Shown: positions 37,203-48,600 of the stretch, piece by piece | Numbering within the stretch: position 1 is the stretch's first letter | How the letters are laid out: each line of letters starts with the position of its first letter | Assembly (NCBI GenBank): GCA_937905855.1 | Contig: CALCWU010000140.1 | Coordinates: 1-54,646 of the forward strand | DNA: 54,646 nucleotides | Direction of reading: 5' to 3' | Source of the DNA: an uncultured Mollicutes bacterium | GTDB taxonomy: Bacteria > Bacillota_I > Bacilli_A > Acholeplasmatales > Anaeroplasmataceae | The notes under the pieces: model-generated | What the model saw: only the letters and a program-made list of their open reading frames with translations | Database searches by the model: none | Told to the model about the DNA's origin: nothing | Made by a program: the position numbers and the translations under genes

Positions 37203-39557
37203 TTATTTACTTCCTTTCCTTTTTGTTGTTTTTTTCTCAGGGGTTTTAGGTGAATCAATATTAAGCTTATGAATTAATTCAATAGCTTTATCAAGCTGCA
37301 TTGCTTTACCAATTAGCCAACCCTGAATTATTCTACAATTCATTTTCTTTAATAAGGCCTTTTGAGCTTCTGTTTCAACACCCTCACATATTATATCTAG
37401 GCCTAAATCATTACCAATTTTACAAATATGGTCAACCATTGTTAGGGAATATTTATCTGATTCAATTCCATTAGTAAATTCCTTATCAATTTTTAAGACA
37501 TCTGCTGGTAATTCCTTTAAATATAATAAAGAAGAATAGCCAGTACCAAAGTCATCTAGGTGAATACTAAAGCCTTGACGCTTTAGGCTGTCAAGCTTTT
37601 CAAGCATTACATCAAAGTTTTCCATTACGAAGGTTTCAGTAATTTCGATAGCGATGCTACCTGGCTTAAGCTCATTTTTATTAAATTCTGAAATTATATC
37701 ACTAACAAATCCAGCTTGTAATAGTTGAGCTGGAGATACATTAATTGAAACATGACAGTTATATGGTTCAAGCTTTTTAGCGGCTTTAAATGATTCTTCA
37801 ATTACAAATTTACCAATTTCTAGAATAAAACCGTTATGCTCAGCCATCTCAATAAATATTTGTGGTGATTGTCTAGAATAAAGAGGATTGTTCCATCTAA
37901 TTAAAGCCTCAAAGCTAACAATTCTTTCAGCAAAGATATCATATTGAGGCTGAAAATACATTTCAAATTCATGCTTATTAATAGCTTCTAGTAGGTCTCG
38001 TTCCATTTTATTACTCTCATTAACATAATTTTCGATAGCATAGTCGTAGACAATTATGTCCTTTGTTGCGGTATTCATAGCTCTTTGTAATGAGATGTCT
38101 AATTTGTTTTTTGCATCCTCTAAAGGAAGAGTGGCTGGTGAATCCATATGATAAATACCGATTTTTATACGAACGAAGATATGGTTATTTTGAACAAGAA
38201 GAGGGGTTTTTAAGGTAAGAATCAATTCGTTACATAGCTCTTGAGCTATTCTTTCATCACGATGGTGGAAAACTACACAAAATCTATCTGCATCCATATG
38301 ATAAATCTTCATACCCTTAAATTTATCCTCTAGTAATCTAGCAAAGGCAATTAGAATTTGATCGCCAATTCTTCTACCAAATACCTTATTTGTTTCTCTA
38401 AAGCCGACAATATTTATTAGGGCTAATGAAACATATTCTGTTTTGGTTAAATCGAGGATATCCATATAATTAGCTGTTAATGATAGTGAATTATCAAGAT
38501 TTGTTAAGGTGTTTTTGCTTAGCATTTGTAATAAATATTGATTGTTAATATATTGCTTAGTATCATCAAAACCGATTAGGTAATAACAGCCATGAGAATA
38601 AATTGAAGCAAGTGATAGATAGTAATCTTGACCATTATGATTGATAGTAGCGATAAAGCTTTGTTCTTTTTTTATACATTGAATTATAGGAGCTCCAATT
38701 GCTTGAAAATCATTGACGCTTTTAATAAAGCTTTCATAATTGAATAAAGCTTTAAATACTTTATTAACAAAGATAATTTTTCCTTTTTTATTTACTTTAA
38801 TGACAATAGATTTAGCACGATTGTAGTTATGCTTATCAATTAAAATTAAGCGTGATGCCTTTTTAAATCCTAATAAAATGATAAAGAAGGATAATAATAA
38901 AACAACAAATGCTCCACTATAGAAAATAAGTGATTGCTGATGAAGCTTATCAGTGCTTAAGGTATTTCCAAAGCTATCAATATGATAAGCAAAGAATAGG
39001 TTATTATATTCCTTAGAAATGACTATTCCTTTATCAAGATTTGCCTTGTAGCCATTATATTCACTTGGATCAATGCTAAAATAATCGGCAATGGTTTTAG
39101 TTTTATATTCTAATTTGTTTGAATAAAGAATTTCACCATTTTCGTTATATAAAAAGAAGCTTTCATCATCATTATAGGTTGTAAATATTTTATCTAATGA
39201 TACATAAGCAATACGTTCATCGTTTTTAATAAATAAATAAGATGCAGTATTTGTTGATGTAATATCTATGCTATTATATGGTGCTATTAAATAGCTTTTA
39301 TCTGTAAAAGCATTTGTATCAATTTCCTCTAAATAGCTAATATCAGTATTTGTGTTATTTTTTATGGCATTTAAATAATAATCTATATTTGTATTTGCCT
39401 CAGTAGTTTTTGTTTGCCAAAATGTTTCAGCCTGAGAAATTGCTGAAGAAGAGGCAACACCATTTGTTGTTACTAAATAAAACATAAAGAAAAAGACATA
39501 TAAAATAATTAAAAATAGTGATAAAAAAATATGAAGCCTTAAATCTTTAAATCGCAT
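37203..39557 (-). CDS. Sensor protein: extracytoplasmic domain between two TM segments, degenerate GGDEF, canonical EAL phosphodiesterase domain
   Basis: The ATG at 39557 is 7 nt after AAGGAG, whereas the ORF-track ATG at 39563 is only 1 nt from the SD. The GGDEF position reads DADRF. The EAL set is complete: FEALIRW, IEITE, DDFGTGYSSL, KIDKEF, EGVETE, QGWLIGK. Confidence 0.85.
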   Translation of the reverse strand: MRFKDLRLHIFLSLFLIILYVFFFMFYLVTTNGVASSSAISQAETFWQTKTTEANTNIDYYLNAIKNNTNTDISYLEEIDTNAFTDKSYLIAPYNSIDITSTNTASYLFIKNDERIAYVSLDKIFTTYNDDESFFLYNENGEILYSNKLEYKTKTIADYFSIDPSEYNGYKANLDKGIVISKEYNNLFFAYHIDSFGNTLSTDKLHQQSLIFYSGAFVVLLLSFFIILLGFKKASRLILIDKHNYNRAKSIVIKVNKKGKIIFVNKVFKALFNYESFIKSVNDFQAIGAPIIQCIKKEQSFIATINHNGQDYYLSLASIYSHGCYYLIGFDDTKQYINNQYLLQMLSKNTLTNLDNSLSLTANYMDILDLTKTEYVSLALINIVGFRETNKVFGRRIGDQILIAFARLLEDKFKGMKIYHMDADRFCVVFHHRDERIAQELCNELILTLKTPLLVQNNHIFVRIKIGIYHMDSPATLPLEDAKNKLDISLQRAMNTATKDIIVYDYAIENYVNESNKMERDLLEAINKHEFEMYFQPQYDIFAERIVSFEALIRWNNPLYSRQSPQIFIEMAEHNGFILEIGKFVIEESFKAAKKLEPYNCHVSINVSPAQLLQAGFVSDIISEFNKNELKPGSIAIEITETFVMENFDVMLEKLDSLKRQGFSIHLDDFGTGYSSLLYLKELPADVLKIDKEFTNGIESDKYSLTMVDHICKIGNDLGLDIICEGVETEAQKALLKKMNCRIIQGWLIGKAMQLDKAIELIHKLNIDSPKTPEKKTTKRKGSK

Positions 39558-39585
39558 AGTCATTCTCCTTAATAATCTTTAATCA

Positions 39586-39613
39586 ATTATACCATAATTT
39601 TTTTAAAATCTAA
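39586..39613 (-). promoter_or_regulatory. Promoter of the EAL-EAL operon
   Basis: On the minus strand: TTAGAT, 16 nt, then extended -10 TGgTATAAT, about 25 nt upstream of the SD. Confidence 0.5.
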
Positions 39614-39648
39614 ATATAATGTAATAAATTTCACTTATTATTCACAAG

Positions 39649-39676
39649 AAAAAGGGGAATCCATTTAGGATTCCAC
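39649..39676 (-). terminator. Rho-independent terminator of the giant LRR gene
   Basis: On the minus strand: ggaatcc-taaat-ggattcc then ccttttt, starting 5 nt after the stop. Confidence 0.65.
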
Positions 39677-39680
39677 CATT

Positions 39681-42600
39681 CTACCAAGCTTTAGGCTTGT
39701 TATTAACATAACGCCAATAATTACCTGCTTTGCTTGGAGCTTCTTCACTATAATAGTAAATTTTTGCTCTTGTATAATATTCTTCCTTTTCAATATTATT
39801 AAATTCATCTAAGCTACCCTTATAATAAATTGTAGTATCAGATGATAAACCTAAACCATATTTACCAATATAGGTAATGGTATTTGGAAGGATTACTGTT
39901 GATAAATAGGTTTGAGCACCAAAAAATGCATAATCACATATAGATTCAACACCATCAGGAATAGTTAAATCTAACATTGATGTGATACTTGTGCAGGCTT
40001 CATAAGCAATAACCTTAGTATTAGGATTAATGGTAAATGATTTTGAATCATCAATAATATCCATTAATACTAAATATTCATTTTCACTATTTCCAAGATA
40101 ATAGCCATTTTCATATTCAGTGTAGTTAAGCTTTGGACAATTATTAAATACATACGCTCCTAGCTTCTTTATTGAGCTTGGAATAGTTATGTTTGTAAGC
40201 TTAGTATCATTTGCGAAGGCCATATCAGAAATTTCTGTAACAGTATTTGGCAATATAACACTTGTAATTTTACTGAAATATCTAAATTGATTTTCATTTA
40301 TTTTAGTTATTCCCTCATGTAATGTAAGTTCATTTTCCATTAAGACATTATCAATATAGAAATTATTAGTATTGGCAGCAGGAGTACTAGAAAGACTAAC
40401 ATTTGTCCACAAGGTCAAGCTACCTTCATAATAAATATTTGTAATATTAATGGTTGTAGTTCCCTCAAATTTTGTAATTGAGCTTGGAATTGTAAGAGAG
40501 TCGAGCTTTAAATAGTTAAGCTTTGATAGGTCGAAGATTGATAGATTATTTGGTAATGTAACATCACTAATTTTTGTTCCTTCAAAATAAATATCATCTA
40601 AATTAGATATAGAAGTAAACATAACATTTAGCCATTCATCAAAGCTACCTTCATAATATAGCTCGCGTTTTGATAAATTTTGATTATAGGTTATATCCTG
40701 TTTACCAATTTGAATGATATTTTTACCTACATTTATTATTTCTACATTTTCAAGATTCTTTAAAGCATCATTATAAATTATTCTTGTATTAGAATTAATC
40801 GTTATTGAAGTAGCAGCTACATCTACATATTCCATTAAGACATAATATTCATTAGTGTTTGTTTCTAAATATTTATTACCATCTTCATCTAGATTATAAA
40901 TAATATTATCACAATTAATAAAATTATTTTCAGAGATTTTCTTTAGGCTTTCACTAAATACTATATTTGTTAGACCTTGTAAGCCATAAAGCGTGTATGG
41001 CTTTATTTCCTCCAAATCAACATTAATGCTTGATGGTATTTCGCTATAGATGTCATCATTCTTTAGCAATAATGTAGCATTTGAATTTACTAATGGATTA
41101 GAATATTGGTTACTAAAACTAATGCTTAGCCACTGGTTGATATTACCTTCATAATAAATTGTTTGAATATTTGTATTATAGAAGGCATCAGCATTAATAC
41201 TTGTAATACTAGCTGGAATTATGACCTCTTTGATAGTGGTTGCTTTATCAAAGAATTTAGTATAGATTGTATTAGTATTATTACTAAATTCAACATGTAA
41301 TAGACCTGCTGGAATGGTCTTACCATCAAAATAATTTAATAGCTTCATTTGAGAGTTAACACCATTTAAATTAATTAATGAATTAAGTCCTGCAAGAGAG
41401 CTTGTGCTAAGTGTAGCTTCATTTAGGTTAAGGGTTGTAATATCTGAATCGACAAAATAATTTGCTGGTATTTCACCACTATTAATCGTTAATGTCTTAA
41501 GTGTTGCAGGAACATTAGCATTTTTAATAGCTTCCTCTAGAGTACCAGAATAACTATAACTCATAAATAATACCTTTAAGGAATTGATACCATTAATATT
41601 ATTAGCAAATGTTGGAGCAAACGGTAGAGTTAAGCTTTCAAGAGCTGTACAGCCACCAAAGGCAAATATTGCAATGCTATCAGCAGAAGGTATTGATAGG
41701 CTTCTTAACTGAACACAGTTTAAAAATGCTTCCTCACCAATTGTTGTAATATTATTATGGAAGGTAATATTTTCAAGCTTTGTAAGATTCATTAAGCCAC
41801 GATTTGCAATAGCTGTAGTACCTAAAACCTCAATTGTGGTTATATTTGCGGCAATATTACTAAATATAGCATTGAAATTACCATTATTTGCATTTTGACC
41901 AATAAAAGGTATTGTAATAGTTGTTACATAATTTGCATCAAAGGCTCTGCCAATGCTTAAAACATTTGTTGGAATATAAACATTTTGAGCCTTAAAGCCG
42001 TAGAATTGATAATTTTTGATAGATGTTATTTCTTCTGGAATAGTAATATTATCGATTTCTTCATTATTCATAAATATTTTTTCTGAGCCAAGAGCAGGAT
42101 TTGAATAAATAGATTCAAAATCAATATTACACCAATCAGCAATTGTGCCTTCATAATATAGCTTAGAGATATTTGCTTCATTAAAGCTTGCGTCAATGGT
42201 AGTAATGGTATTTGCTAAATATAGACTCTCTACAGTACTTGAAATACCACGATTTATTTCATCACCTATGATTTTTACTACCTTAAAGCTTGGAGTTGTA
42301 TCATCTAGCTCATTAGTGAATAAATTAAATAGATTGGCATTTTTAAATGGCATACTTATATTTGTGACATTATTTACTAAATAGAAGGCTTTACCTGCAT
42401 TTGTTAAATCTACATCTTCACTAATATTTATTGTTGTTAGGGAATTTAAGCCACTAAATTGATAGCTTGATAGATTTAAGCTAGTAATATTTAGGGTTGT
42501 AATTGTTTGATATTGATTATCAATATAGAAGTAGAAGTTATCTGCTACCATCATTGGATTTTGAAGCTCATTGTTAAATTCTAGCTTTAACCAATCATTG

Positions 42601-45600
42601 ACATTGCCTTTATAATAAATATTTTCAATTTTATTAGTTTGGTAATTTTCATAAAATTTAGCTGTACCATAGCCCTTAGCATAATTAACTAAGTATAGAT
42701 TTTTAAGGTTTGGCATTTGTGGCATAATTGAATTTAAGGCTACAAAATTAAGTGTTAAATCAACTACATTATCTAAAATAGGGGTAAAGCCATCAAGATA
42801 ATTAACACCATTTATTTCTAGCTTTGTTATTGTGTTTCCATCAAATGAATGCTCACCAGGATACTTTGTAGTTATAAGCTCAGTAATAGTTGTTATACCT
42901 AAGAATGCATAGTCTGTTATAGCATAATCTATATCTGTTAGATCAAGCTTTGTTGGCTGAGCATAGGAATCATTATCCTTAAAATATAGCTTAGCTACCT
43001 GATTAGTTGAATATGCTGGATGGGAATTTGCAGAATTAAATTTATATTTTACCCAGTCCTTAGCACAACCATCAAAATAAATATTCTCAATGGTTGTGTA
43101 ATTAACAAGTCTATCTGCAAAACCTTCAATTGTGTTTGCTAGATATAGACTAGCTATATTTAAATAATATAATGATTCATTAGCAAATGGCGTTGTACCA
43201 ACTGCCTTTACTGTATCAATACTATAACGACTACTATTTGTAATATTATCCATAAAGAAGTAGATTGCACCCTTATAACCAGTAGGTGTGTAAGTACAAA
43301 GCTTTGGAGATTCAAAATAATTAATATTATTACAATCTAAGAAAACATAAGGCTCAATAGTTGTAACAGATGTAGGGATTATAACTTTCTTTATTGATGT
43401 TATTTTGGCAAATTGATAAGAATATAAATAATCAATAGTATCAGGAATTATTAGCTCCTCTAATAATAGATATTCATCATTATTTTTATAATATAAATTA
43501 GAGCCTGTGGCTATTATTTCATTTTTATTATTATAATGAATATCCAAATAATTAGTTAATGTACCATCATAATAGATATTAGCTATTGTTGAATCACTAA
43601 AATCGGCACCTTCCAAGCTAACATCTTGGTTTAAATAAAGATTTTCAACCTTTTGATATGGCATTTTAACATTTATTTCAGCTAAATTTAAATATAGATT
43701 AGTAATATGAACACCATCATTATCATATAAATTTTTGTTTCCGTATCTAAAGATGTCCTTATAGCCAGGATTCTTTACGTTTGATGAAGGAGCAGTAATA
43801 ACTCTAAAATCGAAATTAGAAATTTTAAAGCTATTTATTGTTTTTAAGCTAATTGCATTTTGAAGAATAACACCAGTATTAGGATTAACCTCAAAATCGG
43901 TAGCATCCGTATTAATACCTATTAGGAACTTATAAGGATTGGAAATTGATTGAAGGTATTTACAGTTATTTTCTTCAAAATAAATATTAGCAGTAAGGAA
44001 TCCAAATGAATTATAAGTATAGCTAATATTATCAGGAAGAATTACCTTAGCATCGGTTTTAAGATCCTTGAAGAAGTAATCTGGCAATACTTCACCACTT
44101 GTAAATCTAATTTCTTCAAGATTTTTACCTAGTGTTCCGATATTTGTTAAATAAGTGTAATCACCAGTTAAAGGCAAAGATATTGTTTTTAATGCCGTAT
44201 TATTATTGCCACTTAGAATTACATTACCCATTTTTATAACATTATCAGGGATTACAAGAGATGTTATATTTAAAACATTTGTGAAGGCATTGTTATAAAT
44301 GTATTTAGTAGTATCCGCTACACTTGCATCGCCTTTAGCATTTGGATTAAATTTATAAAGGAATAGATAAGGATTATCTTTAGTACCAAAATAGTAGCCA
44401 TCGTTATAAAGAGTAAGAATAGATAAATCACTAAATGAAACAAATTCAAAATTGAAATCTGTTGGCTCACTAGTAAGGCTAAATGATGTTATTCCTTTAT
44501 AGCCATAAAATGAAGAGCTTGTAAGGCTATGAACCTCAAATGGAATTACAATATCGCTTGCAAGCTTATAAGAATCATTTTCTAAATAGTAGAATTTGCT
44601 AGTATAAGAAATAGGGTTAGTATAGCTCTTAAATTTAATATTACACCAATCAGTAAGGCTAGAATTATAATATAGCTCATAGTTATTATAGTTGAAGCAC
44701 ATACCTTCATTAAACTCTGTAACGCTACTATCAATAGTTATCTTTTTAATTGATTTAACATAATATAGGGCATTACTCTTGATGTTATCTTGATATAGGG
44801 TAATTTCTTCTAGTAATTCATAACTATCATCATTTTTAAGATACAAATTATAATGAGAGTTATTAGTAGAATTTGTTAAGATATTATGACTAATATTACA
44901 CCAATCATCAAAGCTTCCTTCATAATATAAGCTAGACAATTCAAGACCTGCAAGAGCATCCTTGGCAAATGTATTTAGTGATGCTGGTAGATATAAATTA
45001 ACAAATGTATAGCCCTTAAGGAAGTATGCTGGTATTTCACTAATATTTAATAGCTTAACATTTTTTAAATTATTTGGATAATATTTAAAGCTACTATTAG
45101 TATTACCAAATAGGGTATTAAAGCTATCTAGATTTGAAGCATCAATTGTTAGATTTTCTAAAACATTCGTATTAAAAATAATATTTGCCTCAATAGTATT
45201 TACCTTTAATATTGTTAAATTAACAAGACTAGGAAGATTTGCAAGAGCAAGAGAGGTGATATTATCCTCATTTGTAATTGTAACATCAGTTAAGGCTTTA
45301 AGCTCACTATTATCATTATTAAAGTAGTAGCCTAGGCTTTGATTAAATAATGATGGTATAGTAATATTTGTAATATTAGTACCTTCAAAGGCATTAGCAC
45401 CTAGTGATGTAACACTATTAGGAATGGTAATAGATGTTATAAGTGTATCCTTAAAGGCTGCCTCACCAATTGCTGTTACAGTATTTGGAATAGTAATTTC
45501 TTTAAGCTTAGTTCCTTCAAAAATGTAGCTAGGTATAGTTTTATAGGTTCCATTTATAGAAATATTTTCAAGATTTGTACAGCCACTAAATAATCCTTCA

Positions 45601-48600
45601 TATAAAGAATTTGTTGTTAGATTTATATCCTTAAGGCTTGTTAGATTAGTAAAGGCTCTATCAAGCATTTCACCACCTAAAATGGTAACACTTGTTAATG
45701 AGGTAGGGAAATAATATTTTTTTAGCTCACCATTGTTTGGCATCAAGGCTTCGTAGGTGTTTTCTTTTTCCTCATCTTGGAAATAATAACCTAGAGTTTT
45801 AATATTAGAATTATGATTATTACTAATATATGGAAGGGTAATGCTTGTAAGGTTAGTTCCTTCAAAGATGTTTTTACCTACTGAATTAGCGCTTAAAATA
45901 TGGATTTCTTCAACACCCTTGGCATTTAAGAAGGCCTTATCAGCAATTTCTAAATTATCATTATTTAAATTTAAAATATTGTTGATTGTAGCACCATTGA
46001 AGGCACCAGTACCAATATAAGTTAGTGAAGATGTATCATTGATATTAATAATTAAACCATCATTGCCGGTAAAGGCATTTTCGCCAATATATTCAATGTC
46101 TTCATTTAAATTAATATTAGTAAAATGACAATTATTAAAAGCATAGCCACCAATTTTTATTACATTAGCTAATGAAAATTCTTGAAGCTTTGTACAATTA
46201 CTAAAGGCATAGTGATTAATTATTTTTAAGGTATCAGGAGCATTAAATTTTTGAATGCTTGAATTCATAAAGGCTTTATCAGCAATTGTTGTCAATCCAT
46301 CTAAAATAGTTAAGTTATCAAGATTTGGCAAGCTTTTGAAGGTGTTGGTATTAATAATTTCAAGATGACCAATTGTTATATCAGTAATAGATTTGTAGCC
46401 ATCCTCACTATAGCTAAAGAAGAATTCATTGTAATCACTTGGTAATTCTTTAATTGTTACCTTAGTTAAATTATTGGGAATATAATAATTGTGATATAGG
46501 TAATAATCAACACCATAAGGATTAGGATTACGATATTGAATAGTTACAAGATAGCTATTTTGATTTTCATCCTTGGAGAATAAATCACCAAAATAGATAG
46601 AGCTTACAGAAGGTATTTTTATTTCACGAAGATTAATACAATCGTTAAATAAAGGAATAACTATACCTTCTTTATAATCTATTACTACATTATCCTCTAA
46701 AATGATCTTTTCTAGATATTTGCAGTCACTAAAGAATGAACGAGTAATTAAACCATTTTTAAGAGTAAAGCTCTTTAGGGTTTCTGGTAGATAATCCTTA
46801 AGGCTTGTTATTTGATAAAGTGAAGGTGTATCTGTATAGCTAGGATTAATTGTATAGTTAAATGGTAAGGTTAGTGATTCCATATTGTATGCATAAAAAT
46901 CATAAAGATAAATTATATAATCAGGAATTACTAAATCCTTAACATTACTTAATCTTAAGGAATTTTTAGCTATGGTTTTTGTATCAGGATGGAAATTAAT
47001 TTCTTCTAAGTCACTATCTAAGCATGTTAAATAGATTAAGTAAGGATTTTCTTCACTTCCCAAATATTTACCATTATCATAGATATTAACAATATTACTA
47101 TTTAGATTATTTAAAATTGTTTCGTCATCAAAGTAGCAGGTAGGATCATTAATATATAAGTGCTCAAGCCCCTTTAAGCCATATAATGAATTTTTAGTAA
47201 AATGGTTATAGCCTGTTATTGTCAATGTTTTTAAATTCTTAGGAATGTTATTTGCCTCAGGAGTAAATATACCATTATCATCATAGCTATTACCAAATAT
47301 ATAAGAAAAGTAATTTTTAGTATAAATGGTATTAGCTTCATTACCAATAAATGGTAAAACAATTTCCTCAACATCCTTAACTGCTTCATATGGGAAAGCA
47401 TTAAAGTGAATGGTTTCAACAGAATCAGGAATAACTAGCTTAGTTGGTAAATGCTCATAGCCGTAAAATGCTGAACTATAAATTGTTTTTAAAGCCTTAA
47501 AGCTACTAAGATCGATTATTACATTAGAATGAGAAAAGGCATAGCCTGCGATACTTGTTACTAAATCGTAATTAATGGTTAATTTTTCAAGGCTTGTTGT
47601 ATTAGAAAATGCTTTTAATTCGATTGAATTGGAGCTTAAAATATCAATTTCTTTTATTGTTGTTAAATTTTCAAAGGCATATCTAGTAGCATATGCACTT
47701 ATTTTAGTAAGAGTAGAAGGAATATAATAGGTTCCGGAAATGAATTTATCAACATTTTCTTTTGTGTAATAAATATTTTGTTTAACAGCAACGCTGTTTT
47801 CATATTCTAAGGTTCCAAATAAATATGATATTGGTAAATGATATTGCTCACTATAGCCTTCAGGATTTATATACATAAATTCATCAGTATAAATAGCTAA
47901 TTCATTAATGTTCTTACAACCACTAAAAATATTTTTACCAAGATAAATAACTGAGTTTGGAATAGAAACATAGGTTAGATTTAAGTTGTTGGCAAATGCA
48001 CCATCATCTATTCCGATAACAGGTAATCCATTACGAGTTGCAGGAATTATTAATCTATCACCAGTAAAATCACCAATTCCATTAACATAGTAGCTTTGTG
48101 AGTCGCTAGATGGTCTAAAGCTTAAGCCCTCAGATATTTCAGTTTTTCCACAAACCAAACAAACGCCATTTACATAATTATGCTTACCATAAACAGTTCC
48201 TTCAAAGGTTTCGTAGAAATTTTCAAATGTATAGCTATCCCAGCCATGACTTTCAGTTTGACAATCAACCTTAGTATCGGTTTTAACGATATTATAATCA
48301 TATGGATTTAAGACAGGTAATATTTTTGTTTTTTCATAGCCACAAAAATCACAAATCATTTTAATTGAACCAGTAGAATCATTAGTTGGAGCTAAGACTA
48401 GCTCATATCTTCCACTATGAGGAAGCATATCCTTATATTCATCTACATTATCAGGGTGCTCCAAACAAGCATGATAATGATAGTCCTCATTAAAGGACCA
48501 AGAGTCTTCATCATAGCTTGGAGTATGAGAAATATAGAAATAATCATATTCTATTTTACCACAATAGCATTCGCGGTATCTAACACCTTGTTCATATTCA

